A DNA stretch of 63,811 nucleotides, the filler included, from Octopus bimaculoides (taxonomy: Eukaryota), in assembly GCF_001194135.2 (NCBI RefSeq). It is 6 parts of 6 records of this genome, joined end to end, with 100 filler letters (N's around TTAATTAATTAA, not from the genome) between each part and the next. Parts side by side here need not be neighbours in the genome. Positions count along the whole stretch, not along the records: positions 38,853 to 59,742 come from NC_068983.1; positions 59,843 to 62,094 come from NC_068990.1; 4 more parts are not named here. One strand, written 5' to 3'. This document shows positions 50,888 to 61,933 of this stretch, one piece after another. Positions within the stretch are counted from its first letter, which is position 1. The number at the start of each line of letters is the position of its first letter. The notes under the pieces were generated by a model. The model had not been told where the DNA came from and did not search any database. It saw nothing but the letters and a program-made list of their open reading frames with translations. The translations under genes were made by a program, and so were the position numbers.

Positions 50888-51864
50888 TACATACACACAG
50901 ATTTCCTCTTTTTCATACAAACACATACAGTCACATACAAACTCTCTCCAGTGTCCCACTTTCTGACGAAACAAAATTCTGAAACGTTAAATTCTACACT
51001 TCTTATTGAATTCCTCTATCACTAATTTACCTATGGACAGATTATTACCGAAACAAGCATTAATTAATTTCTTTGGTTGCGTATCTTACTCTATTTGTTT
51101 CCGCTAGTTTTCAAATAACTTCAAAAGTACGAGATGTATATGTATGAGGACATAGACATAATAAGTACCGCATATTTGAAACTCAGTCAGTATGGTGTAT
51201 ATTTTCCTCTCGCAAATTAATGATTATTATCTTTAATATAATTTCACACTGAAAATCTTAGTCAAGTTCGTTCGAAAATATTCCTGTAGTAAAAAAAGGT
51301 AAAAGAAAACTTTAAGCTGGTTTGTAAAATGAAATAAACTATACTAAAGTTTATTTCATTTTACCAACTAATCAACTAATCATTACTATCATTACCAACT
51401 AATCAACTAATCATTACCATCATTACCAACTAATCACTAAAGGGATTAGTTGGTAATGATGTTGAGCTGACGTTTTTCGTTGTGAGCACATGATACTTTC
51501 TGCTCAGACTGATCAGCTTTGTCTCATTTGCACAACAGTACATAAGTTGACATCTTTGTTAATTACCATTCTACTACAGAACGTTTTTCAGTAATTTAAA
51601 ATGTAACATTGTATCTGTTTATTCTATTGATAGCTTTTTATTAAGTTAGTTATTAATCTCTCTGTGGAGGGAAGATGAATATTTCTTTTCAGGTTAAGTA
51701 TGAAAACTAGTTAGATAGATGCCTTTTTTTCCTGATCAAAGAGAGATAAAACCTGCAGTTTACTTTCACAGCGAAGCTAGAATTTTATGTTTATGAACTC
51801 TCTCTCTCTCTCCATGTGTGTGTGTGTGTGTATACACATATGTGTATGTATGTATGTATCTATG

Positions 51865-51900
<36 letters not shown>

Positions 51901-52628
51901 ATCCAAATAAAAAAAAACAGAAAGATTTTTACATTATGCATCTGCCAGGCTCTCGATATAAGCAAATAGTAAAGCCTGGCAAACGCACAACGTAAAAGCG
52001 CGCCTTTGATTCAGCTCTGAGTAATGTCTAAAACCGTAAATATTCCGTAAATCTTCTCTTTGAACTTTTGCGTGAATTAGTGTTGAAATCAGAGTTGGTA
52101 CAGAAACAATTGTAACTGGTCATTAAAGATGTTATAAAATCATTCTTTGTCTTATTTGGATTATATTTTACTCTTCGCTAAACCCAGGTTTCACAACGGT
52201 TTTACCGTTATGAAACCTGGATTTTCTACACCTGAAGAATTTCGATCTTAGTTAAGACTAGAATCCGACAGTGTAGGTAACCTGAGTACTGTATTGAAAA
52301 TACCCCGTCTTTCTACCCTCCCAAGACCTTACATACATACAGACATACATACATACATACATACATACATACATACATACATACATACATCGAGTATAAC
52401 CAGCTGAAATTGCAAAGATAATCTGGAACTCGACTGAGGAAAGAAAACTCTGAATGACCCGTCCTTGTTTTCTTTGTATCGTCTATCTGGATGTTTTGTT
52501 GTGCCTTTTTTTGTATCACCTGACTGTCTGGATGTTTTGCGTTCTTGTCCTATTTTGTATTTTATACATACATACATACATACATACATACATACACGCA
52601 CACACACACACACACACACATACACACA

Positions 52629-52678
52629 TCTGTATTAATAAAAGCGAGGTTTTGTCTGTCCGTCTGCCCCCCCCCCCN
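52629..52678 (+). mobile_element. Probable Helitron 5' end
   Basis: A|TCTGTATTAATAAAAGC followed by (GTCT)n-like repeat. It parallels the 5' end of the 56145-56936 element. Confidence 0.4.
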
Positions 52679-53331
52679 NNNNNNNNNNNNCCCCCGTATC
52701 TCAGTCTATATTTGCTCTACATAGACATATTATATCATTTTGAAATCAGGATGATCTCGGGATTGAAAATCTGCCCCTCATTTGGTTCTTGAACATCCAG
52801 CATTGAGATCTGATTTAAAAGCATTTGGATTACTATTTCTAGCAGGTAAAGCTTGTCTAATTCACGCCATCTTGCTTGGCGTTTGTTAGATGACGCTAGA
52901 AATCAAGGGGGAAATAAATGACATTTGCATTGTTACTTTTACGTCGAGATAAGAACTTTGGGACAAATTAGCCAACAGTTGGAATTCAACTTGAGACTGG
53001 AACAATACAATAGAGAGCCAAATGGCATTTACAGAATTAATTCTCATTCGTCCTTCACCTTTGATCAAACACCAACGGGGGATATAGTCATTACAGACGT
53101 ATTATATTTATGAATTTCTATTGCAAGATTCCTGATGTGAAGTCGTGTGTTGAAACAGATATTGTTGTATTTCGAGATGATAATTTTTTGTTTGTTTGTT
53201 TGTCAAGTGAACCCACGCACTAGACAGGGTTCATGGAGTAAATAAAATCATAATATAAACAATTAAATATAAGAAATAATAATTTCTTAAAGTATGTGTT
53301 AATCCACATGTTCCCAGACTTTGTGGACACC

Positions 53332-54383
53332 CTATATATTCATTATTCACTCGTTTATTACTGTTCTTATTCTAACTCATGTTCCGGAAATCTTTCGTCA
53401 CACATCTGTGACCTCTTCAGCGACACTTTCCGTCTTCGTGTGTGTCCTTACTTCACTGTCCTTCTATGATGTGTATCCTTATATGCGCATGCGTTTGCGT
53501 CTGTGTTTGTGAGTATGTGTACATATGTGTGTTTGTGTGTTTGTGTGATTGTTCTTAATAGCTCTACGACCTTCCTCTCACCCCCTCCCCCGTTGTCGTT
53601 GCTGCTGTCTTAGGACCCAAAATTTGGTACGGTTTCTGTATCTCTCTGTGTTTGTGTGTTCGCTCACGCTGCGCCCATCGTGGTTGTTGTTGCTCTTGTT
53701 ATTGCCATCGTTGTCACTGCTGTTGCTATTGTTGTTATTCGTGTTCTTGATAGTGTTGTGGCCGTCTGTGGAGTTATTGTATGTGTGTTTGTGTGTGTAT
53801 ATAGGTTCGCTTCCTATGTTGGTTGCATCCCTGCCTTTATATCGATTTTTTTATTCATTCATTTATTTAAAAAAAGATCTATATAAAAGGAAGGGACACA
53901 AACAACATAGAAAGCGAACTTCTATACACACACGAATAACAACGACAACAGCAGAAGTGCCAACGATGGCAATAGCAACAACAATAATGATGGCAGCGGC
54001 GTGGGCGAACACAAACACAGAGAAGTACAGGAACTGTACCGAATTTCGGGTCCTAGGATAGCAGCAACGACAACGGGGGAGGGGATGGGGTCGATCATAG
54101 AGAAGGTCATAGAGCGATTAAGAACAATGACACACACACACACATACACACACACAAACAAACAAACATACACACACACACAAACACACATACATGGACG
54201 CAAACGCATGTGCATATAAGGATACACACCACAGAAGAACAGAATGAAATAAGTGGAGCAAAAGCACACACGAAGACGGAAAGTGTCGCTGAAGAGGTCA
54301 CAGATGTGTGGCGAAAGATTTCCAGACAATGGACATAAGTTAGAATAAGAACAGTAATAAACGAGTGAAGAACGAATATATAG
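53332..54383. repeat. ~1.05-kb inverted duplication (arms ~53332-53850 and ~53870-54383), probably PLE-derived
   Basis: Arms are collinear in reverse complement, e.g. CTTTCGTCACACATCTGTGACCTCTTCAGCGACACTTTCCGTCTTCGTGTGTG vs CACACACGAAGACGGAAAGTGTCGCTGAAGAGGTCACAGATGTGTGGCGAAAG. Spacer is ~20-30 nt. Confidence 0.9.
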
Positions 54384-54858
54384 TGCGTGTATTTATTTGG
54401 CAAAAAAAAAAAGACCATCCCTGAATACAACAATAGACATATTATAGTCATGCTATTTAGTTCTCTTTAGTTTTGGGCTGCAGGCCCAATTAGACCTCGA
54501 CACGGAGTGCGGCTTTTAAGCAAGTATATATATAAATAAATATATATACATGTGTGTGTGTGCGTGTACGCGCATGTGTGTAGTTTTATTTAAAAAAAGC
54601 ATACGTACATGCACACAGTGCAAGAAGTATACAGGAGACATAAACATAGTTAATATACTGCAGAACATGTCCTTCATCAGGTGTCGAGTGGAAATGACAA
54701 TAGCTTCGTCAATTTCCGTCTGTAGTATTCCGTCCAGCAGTACCAAAAGGCATTTATCTTTTAACATAGAAGGTTCGCATCCTTTTGGGTCTTACCGCAG
54801 CAAGTTTATCTCTACACATTTTTCTGTCATACACGCCCTCACCAAACGAAATATGGGA

Positions 54859-55004
54859 CAGTGGCGTTGCTAGAGAGTATGCTGCTCAGAAAAGCCCTTG
54901 AGTTCGCTGGCCCTGGTCTCGTCCCCGATACCGGCTTATACAGCAGACCCAAAAGTGTTCCCTGAGGCGGTTCGCCCCTCGATTTCCACCTAGCTACGCT
55001 ACTG
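54859..55004. mobile_element. Short MITE with CAGTGGCG-type TIRs
   Basis: CAGTGGCGTTGCTAG ... CTAGCTACGCTACTG. TSD is unclear. Confidence 0.6.
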
Positions 55005-55328
55005 ATCTAGTGTAGCTTAACCATTGCATTCAGATTCCGCCTATTTCATTATATATTTAAGATTTTAGAAATAGATAATGTAAATGATATAAAGAAAACT
55101 CACCTGACAAAATATTTCATATGAATTGCATATTTTAGTTTTTGATAGAGCATCTAAAGATCTGGTTTTTCTTGTCTGAATTGTATGCTCTATTTGTTTC
55201 TGTGTTATGTACATGATTAAATTTTCACATTCATCTGTTTTCTTTGTATCTCTTTTCACGGAGTTGGGGACATGGGATTCTTTTTCACAGAACATTATGA
55301 ATCAGAAAAGTTGCTTATACTTGTTTCT

Positions 55329-55551
55329 TATTTCTTTATTGCCCACAAGGGGCTAAACACAGAGGGGACACACAAAGGTATTAAGTCGATTACATCGACT
55401 CCAGTGCGTAACTGGTACTTAATTTATCGACCCCGAAAGGATGAAAGGCAAAGTCGACCTCGGCGGAATTTGAACTCAGAACGTAACGGCAGACGAAATA
55501 CCGCTAAGCATTTCGTCTGGCGTGCTAACGTTTCTGCCAGCTCGCCGCCTT
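55329..55551 (-). mobile_element. Full-length young SINE family A
   Basis: tRNA-like head (GCTGGCAGAAACGTTAGC; GAGTTCAAATTCC). Perfect 22-bp TSD AAAGTTGCTTATACTTGTTTCT at 55307-55328 and 55552-55573. Confidence 0.95.
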
Positions 55552-56144
55552 AAAGTTGCTTATACTTGTTTCTACTTTCTATTTGTTTAATCTGTTTCTG
55601 TCAGCCTGGAGGTTACGCTGATGGTTTTATGAGAGGTGTATTCAGCGACAGTATTATCCTCACTTAGACGTTGGTAGCGGTTTGTTACAGCAGGAACAAT
55701 GGATTTGTAGCTCGTATTGGCACTGTTTCTATCAAGGTTCATTTGAAGCAACACTGCTTTTGTACGAAGAGTAATGAATTCGTTTTACGAAACAATTTAA
55801 GATCTGCATGTCACTTTCGTACACTCGATCACCATCAATATATGACTCTTATGTTTGTAATTTCAATCATTTTTATTGGCAAAACGAAATGAATTAAAAG
55901 CATGAGAAACATGTTGAGATCAGCCGATGTAACCGTATCGTTCCAGTCTGGTAAGTATTTGCACAAAGGTGTCTATCAAATGCAAATACATAAGAAGGTA
56001 AAAGAGGACTGTTCACATGACATAAGAAGCAAAGGAATGGCCGCGTTTCATCTCGAAGTTTTCGACTCTATATAAAAAAAAGAAAAGAAATAAAGTAATA
56101 AGATGAAACAATAATCGTTTTATAATGTTGGCTTTTATCATTGA

Positions 56145-56936
56145 CTAGCAGTATAGCCCGGCTTTGCCCGGGATTAAGTTAGGATTATTAAGCTAATCAA
56201 GTTCTTTATTTCAAACGAAACTAAGTAACATCGACGTCAAATTTGGGTAGAATCAGTGTCGCGACGGGAGCGCATGGGTTGGGAGTTTGATCGGCAGAGG
56301 TGATCAGGTTACCCATGCCAGCCCTTTGAAAACACACTCCCCATCAGCTAACCCCTCTTTGCTCATGGGTTGGGACCCTTCCAGCAAGGAAAATAGAATG
56401 CCCAAAAGGGCTCCCGATTCTCTGTGTCAGAAGCGGTTATGTTCAGATCACAACTAAGTCTTAAGTATATGTGTGTATGTATATATATATATATAGATAT
56501 ATATGGGCAACACACACACACGCACGTACGTACACCAATTGTATACATATCTTTTTGTACGCATATATGTTCGTATGTGTGTGTGTGTGTTGGTGTGTTG
56601 CCCGTATATCAACAAAACACTTTTTTCCTCGGTGGAAAAAAAACACAAAAGTTTTAACAAAAACTTACTCGTCGCTAGAAGGGGACTTAACTCCTGTTGT
56701 AAACAATGGTGGATTTCTCCGACTTGAAAATTGTTAAAAGTTTTGGTTGAAAATTTATTTTTACTGCTATTCACTGGTACCTCTGGGGAAAATAAGTTGA
56801 CGAAAATACAGCTAGGGTCATGACAAATGTCCTCCTAAAATTGGAGCGACATGCGTGCTAATTTGTGGACGTGCATAAATTACATTCACGTACACACACA
56901 CACACACACACACATCTTGCCTGTTATATATACAGA
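56145..56936 (-). mobile_element. Complete non-autonomous Helitron (792 bp)
   Basis: Minus strand: A|TC 5' end, subterminal (TG)n, 3' hairpin CCCGG-GCAAAG-CCGGG, 8 nt, then CTAG|T. It is inserted between A and T with no TSD. Confidence 0.85.
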
Positions 56937-57023
56937 TTACGGTACAGTGAAGTATGTGAGTTTAGATAAATTTGAATGCTGGTGTAATAAGAAGAACCTG
57001 ACGTTTCAGAATTGACTTCTTGT

Positions 57024-57074
<51 letters not shown>

Positions 57075-57099
57075 AAAGTGAGGGAGAGAGAGAGAGAGA

Positions 57100-57803
57100 A
57101 CACCAAGCACACCGGACTTTTCCCAACTGTTTCTCCACTCTGCGGGTGAATGCTTAGAGTAGTTCCAATCTCCCTGACCATTTTCATCTCCCACTTTTTG
57201 ACAATTTTTCTTGGGAAGAGTACTTTCTTCTACACCCTCATTTTCCTTTCTAAGTAGAACCTGAGAAAATCGACGAGGGCTTGATCAAAGAGGAGGGTGC
57301 CTATTCTCAATCCTTTCAATCTCATTCACCACACGGCCTCCGCTTTCTTAAAAGTGCATTAGTCCTACGCGTTGCAACAGCTTTCGGCATGACTTCACAA
57401 GCCAGCAATAATAATTGGACACTGCATGAATGTATGCAATACAATTTCCTCGCTCTGCACGCATCTCGGACAGTCCAGAATAGCAGTTCTTCCCTATCAG
57501 AGTAGAGTTTATCTCAAATCGGTAGTGCCACTCAGTAGCAATACCTGACCAAGCTTGAAGACAGCAGCCAAGTATTGATGCTCGATCCTATCGAACATTT
57601 TCAACTGATCTAAATTGATCAGAGTCCCACACATACCGGATTCTTAACTCGCCCTTACTATGATGCATCACGTGAGATATTGTGGATAGTTCTGTTTGGT
57701 ATGGGACATGTACCTCACCTATCAGAGTATCAACAAGTGCCAGCGTCTTAGCTAACGCATTGGACAAAATCTTCATCACTGAATTTAGCAGTCATGGGCC
57801 TGA
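57100..57803 (-). mobile_element. Internally deleted Tx1/L1-clade LINE (RT start joined to C-terminal CCHC region and 3' end)
   Basis: MKILSNALAKTLALVDTLIGE, FDRIEHQYLAAVF, CPRCVQSEEIVLHTFMQCP (C-x2-C-x8-H-x4-C), DFLRFYLERKMRV. Confidence 0.8.
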
Positions 57804-57805
57804 AG

Positions 57806-57900
57806 AAAAAGAAGAAGAAGAAGAAGAAGAAGAAGAAGAAGAAGAAGAAGAAGAAGAAGAAGAAGAAGAAGAAGAAGAAGAAGCAGCAGCAGCAGCAGCA
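57806..57900. repeat. (GAA)n(GCA)n microsatellite
   Basis: Directly visible. Source of the poly-E/F/S ORFs. Confidence 0.95.
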
Positions 57901-57901
57901 A

Positions 57902-58330
57902 TGGGATCTTGGAAGAAAAGGAAAGTGTGTGCCTTCAATTTTTTCAGTCGCTTCACTTGCGTCCACCATATAATTTCTTTCGTCATAACCTCCAGTCTGG
58001 ATAAAAGTGCCTACCCCTTTTTCAGTGAAAGGAAAGCGCTGGTATGCTCTTCAACAGTAACTTTGACAAAAGCACAATCCATCCTATCCGCAACAGCAGT
58101 TGTTCGACGAAACACTGCAAAATTAGTAATGCTTAGAAACTGAACGAAGACGTGCGGAGCAGTTTTATCGATCTGCACACATCTCAGGCAGGCCTGTCCG
58201 TCGAAACTGCTGCGTGTGCAGAGTTTATTCCGAACGAGCAATCAACCGTTTGTAGCACAGTCAGGTTAAGGATCTCCAAAAGATAGCCATAAACCCATCC
58301 CGAGTTGAAAGTCTTCAAGAAAATAGCAGC
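57902..58330 (-). mobile_element. Second Tx1/L1 C-terminal fragment
   Basis: LLVRNKLCTRSSFDGQACLRCVQIDKTAPHVFVQ (degenerate CCHC region) and TKEIIWWTQVKRLK. Confidence 0.65.
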
Positions 58331-59112
58331 TAGTTGATTTTCATCGACACAGTTTGCTCGAGAACGTCACCACTGACCCCGCCATCACTAGTTCTCAAAT
58401 ATCGTACTATCTTAACCTTGACAATAATAATAAAAAAAGAAAAAAAAGAGAGTGTTAAAAAGTGGTACACAGACATCTCCGCCCTCACTCATTTACCTGA
58501 AGAAAGTTGGCGCATAGAATATGTATGTATGTATGTATGTATGTGTGTGGGGGGTGTTGTATGTATGTATATCTGAAGATGTGTGCGTATGTATGTTTGT
58601 GTGAGAGAGTGAGAAAAAGAGAGAACGAGAGAGAAAGAGCGAGGAGGGAAAGAGAAAAAGAGAGGGGGCAAAATAGCGTGCGTAAGATGTTTATAATTTA
58701 GTAAGAGAACGTGGCACAGTGCCATAGCTTACGTAAACATACTAGTGGGGTTTTACTAGTATGCATGTATGTATGTATGTATGTATGTATGCATGCATGT
58801 ACGTACGTATGCAAGTACGTACGTATGTATATATGTATGCATGTACGTATGTATGTACGTACGTATGTCTGTATGTATGTATACGTGTGTATCTAGGTGT
58901 GCACGCACAAGACTAACCAAATATGGGTTTTCAAATTTATCTAACATGTTAGACTCAAGTTTTATATCGATATCTTATACGCACACGCACACACGCATGC
59001 ACACACACACACACACTTTCTCTCTCTCATACACGTGCTTTCATGCAGACACTGATTCACATATCCCAAACAATATACACATGGACTCACACATGTATAC
59101 ATGAATGTATAA

Positions 59113-59143
<31 letters not shown>

Positions 59144-59576
59144 CACAAATTACACATCTAATCTCAAATACTTGTGCACATAAGCACGCACACACATACA
59201 CATACACTCACATACACGCTGTGACAAACACATACACACATACACACACGCACCACGCACATACAAATGTTTCAAACCTGTTATTAACGTCTAAAAGAAA
59301 GTCATAAAAAAAATAATAATAAATGGATCAAATGAAGGACAATGAACTTGAGTGATGGTGATGATTAATAAGCTAACTCACGAGCAAACACTGTCGTTCA
59401 TTATCACTGTTTTTGTTGTACTTGTAGTCTTGATGTATCACTCGAATACCGACTGATACTAAATACAAAGTCCGCAGTTACAGTTGTTTCTCGATTCATT
59501 CGTCAGCATTCGGTTGTTAAACGCGCTCTTTTTTTCTTCCTTTTTTTCTTTATTTCTTTCTCTCATTCTTCATTTA

Positions 59577-59578
59577 AT

Positions 59579-59650
<72 letters not shown>

Positions 59651-59690
59651 TTTTTTCATTCTTTCTTTCTTTCTTTCTTTCTGTCTTTCT
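59577..59690. repeat. (TTTC)n microsatellite
   Basis: Directly visible. Confidence 0.95.
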
Positions 59691-59842
59691 CTTTTGATGT
59701 GATAACGTTCGCAGTAATACTATGAGCGAAATAAAAAGGCACNNNNNNNNNNNNNNNNNNNNNNNNNNNNNNNNNNNNNNNNNNNNTTAATTAATTAANN
59801 NNNNNNNNNNNNNNNNNNNNNNNNNNNNNNNNNNNNNNNNNN

Positions 59843-59888
<46 letters not shown>

Positions 59889-59904
59889 AAATATATATAC
59901 GGGA

Positions 59905-60172
59905 ATGTGGAACAAATTCTTTAACCTGTGCAAGAGGATCCTCGGAGGAAAATCAACGACATTGCTAATATTATTGGTCTGTCGTATGGGTGCATCTAGG
60001 CAATCCTAATGTCTGAACTGAACAAGCAGCGTGTCTCTGTCAAATTTGTTCTCCGCCTGCTAACCACTGAGCAGAGAGAACAGCGCGTCAAAGTCAGTTA
60101 AGTTCTCTGTCAGTGCACCACTGATTACGCATTCTTTATGAGGAGGACCATTACCGGTGTCGAGAGTTGGGT
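59905..60172 (+). mobile_element. Mariner transposase fragment (HTH to first catalytic D), cut by a SINE tail
   Basis: DPRRKINDIANIIGLSYGCI*AILMSELNKQRVSVKFVLRLLTTEQREQRVKV...FMRRTITGVESW (cf. WVPR and ITGDETW motifs). Confidence 0.85.
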
Positions 60173-60545
60173 CCCCGTAACTTAGCGATTTGGCCAAAGA
60201 CAACGACAGAATAAGTACTAGGCTTAATAGTTAGTCCGGGGATCGGATCGTTAGATTTTCTGGAGCACCATTCAAAACGGTACTCCAGTATTGCCGCAGT
60301 GAAATGACTGAAACAAGTAAAGAAATAAAAGAATAAATGATATGTATGTATGTATGTATGTATATAGATAGATGGATAGATAGGCAGGCAGACAGACAGA
60401 CAGACAGACAGATAGATAGATAGATAGATAGATATGTNNNNNNNNNNNNNNNNNNNNNNNNNNNNNNNNNNNNNNNNNNNNNNNNNNNNACATTTTATAA
60501 AGAATGTTACTGAGCTTATATTAAGTGCTCTATTATTTTGACCAA

Positions 60546-60582
<37 letters not shown>

Positions 60583-61236
60583 TTTATATCATTAATAAAT
60601 TTATAAAATTATTAATAATATTCGCAGGAAATCAATATTCAAATTTCGAAAGATATATGTTTAAGATGTACGAAATATAGATATAAATATATATAAAAAA
60701 ATATAAATGTATATAAAAATACATGTGTATATAAATGCATATAAAAATTTATGCGTAATTGAGCATAAATATTATAAAGTCTAAAAATTAAAAAACTAAA
60801 AAACATCTGACGATCATTTCACGGACATTATTGCAACCACAATGTAATCAAAAGATAAGCATATTGGCAATAATTCCGCTCTTCGGAGATGAATGGAGTT
60901 ATTATATACGTGTTAAGAACGAATCGTATATATAATAAGATGATATTAATTAAAATATTAAAAAATATTAAAAACATTGAAAATATTAAAATGTATACTG
61001 TCCTATAAGAATTTGTAAAAGTAATCCCTCCTATAATTTGGAAAATTCATTTTTTTCGTCTGTGGAAATTTTAAATGAAATATATTTTTTTATAAAAATT
61101 TATGTTTTTCAGAATATTTAAGAATTCGGTATGTAACTATAGTAAAGTTCATCTTGTTGTTGGATACATTGGTAATCCTATGAATCACATCAATATTTTA
61201 AAAGTTCATCCACTGCAAATATTTCATCATTAAAAA

Positions 61237-61835
61237 AATGATGAAATATTTGCAGTAACAATCTATTAAGCAACAACTACCCCAAAAGCATACTCTCCAC
61301 TCCGATTATGAAGTAAAGAGAGGATGAAACCGATAAACTGTCCACAGTCTGTCTACCCTATTTGAAAGGCCTCTCCGAAAAGATACAAAAGATATGCGGC
61401 CCGTATGACATCAGGACAATATTCACAATATTCAAGAGAAATACAACACTTCGCAAATATCTGCTTCGAGTAAAACCACCAATAGAAGAAATTATGACTA
61501 AGAACTACGTGTACTCCATCCCATGCAGCTGTGGTAGGTTATACAAAGGTGAAATATGTCGCACCCTCAAAATAATGGTAGAGGAACATCGCATAGCTGT
61601 GACATGGGGAGATATTGATAAATCGGGTATAGCTGATCATGTATGGAAAAATGGAGACCACCTCCCCCTGTAGAATGAAGTTAAAATAATAGACAGAGAA
61701 CACCACTGGAAAATACGTTAACGGTTTCTAATCGGCATATTCTTACTACCTCTGAAGAGGTTCATCTTATAATGATTTTAGTTTCATAAATTAATTATCT
61801 TAAGATTTCTGAATTGAAACAGCTGTCAGATATGT
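61237..61835 (+). mobile_element. 5'-truncated Penelope-like element: GIY-YIG endonuclease region plus 3' motif
   Basis: LLSNNYPK..VCLPYLKGLSEKIQKIC..TLRKYL..NYVYSIPCSCGRLYKGEICRTLKIMVEEH..SGIADHVWKNGDH..VKIIDRE. Confidence 0.9.
61747..61832 (+). ncRNA. Type I hammerhead-ribozyme motif at the PLE 3' end
   Basis: tacct-CTGAAGA-GGTTCA..TGAATT-GAAA-CAGCTG-TC-agata. All core nucleotides are present, with a palindromic stem III. Confidence 0.65.
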
Positions 61836-61897
61836 TGCCATATTTTATAATAAATAAATAATTTTATTAAATACCTCTCCATTTTCTCCTTATTTTT

Positions 61898-61933
<36 letters not shown>

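Noticed and set aside
51361-51435. CRISPR-like array
   Set aside because: Units are directly adjacent with no unique spacers, and the context is eukaryotic.
55605-55892. Third paralogue of the 14.4/48.7-kb exon-like segments (ERCIQRQYYPHLD)
   Set aside because: Only a vague RC..YP.(L/W/F)(D/N) resemblance, with no nucleotide alignment and no consistent splice sites.
57682-58143. 153-aa acidic ORF with poly-E/poly-A
   Set aside because: It is antisense to Tx1 fragments and built on a GAA/GCA microsatellite.
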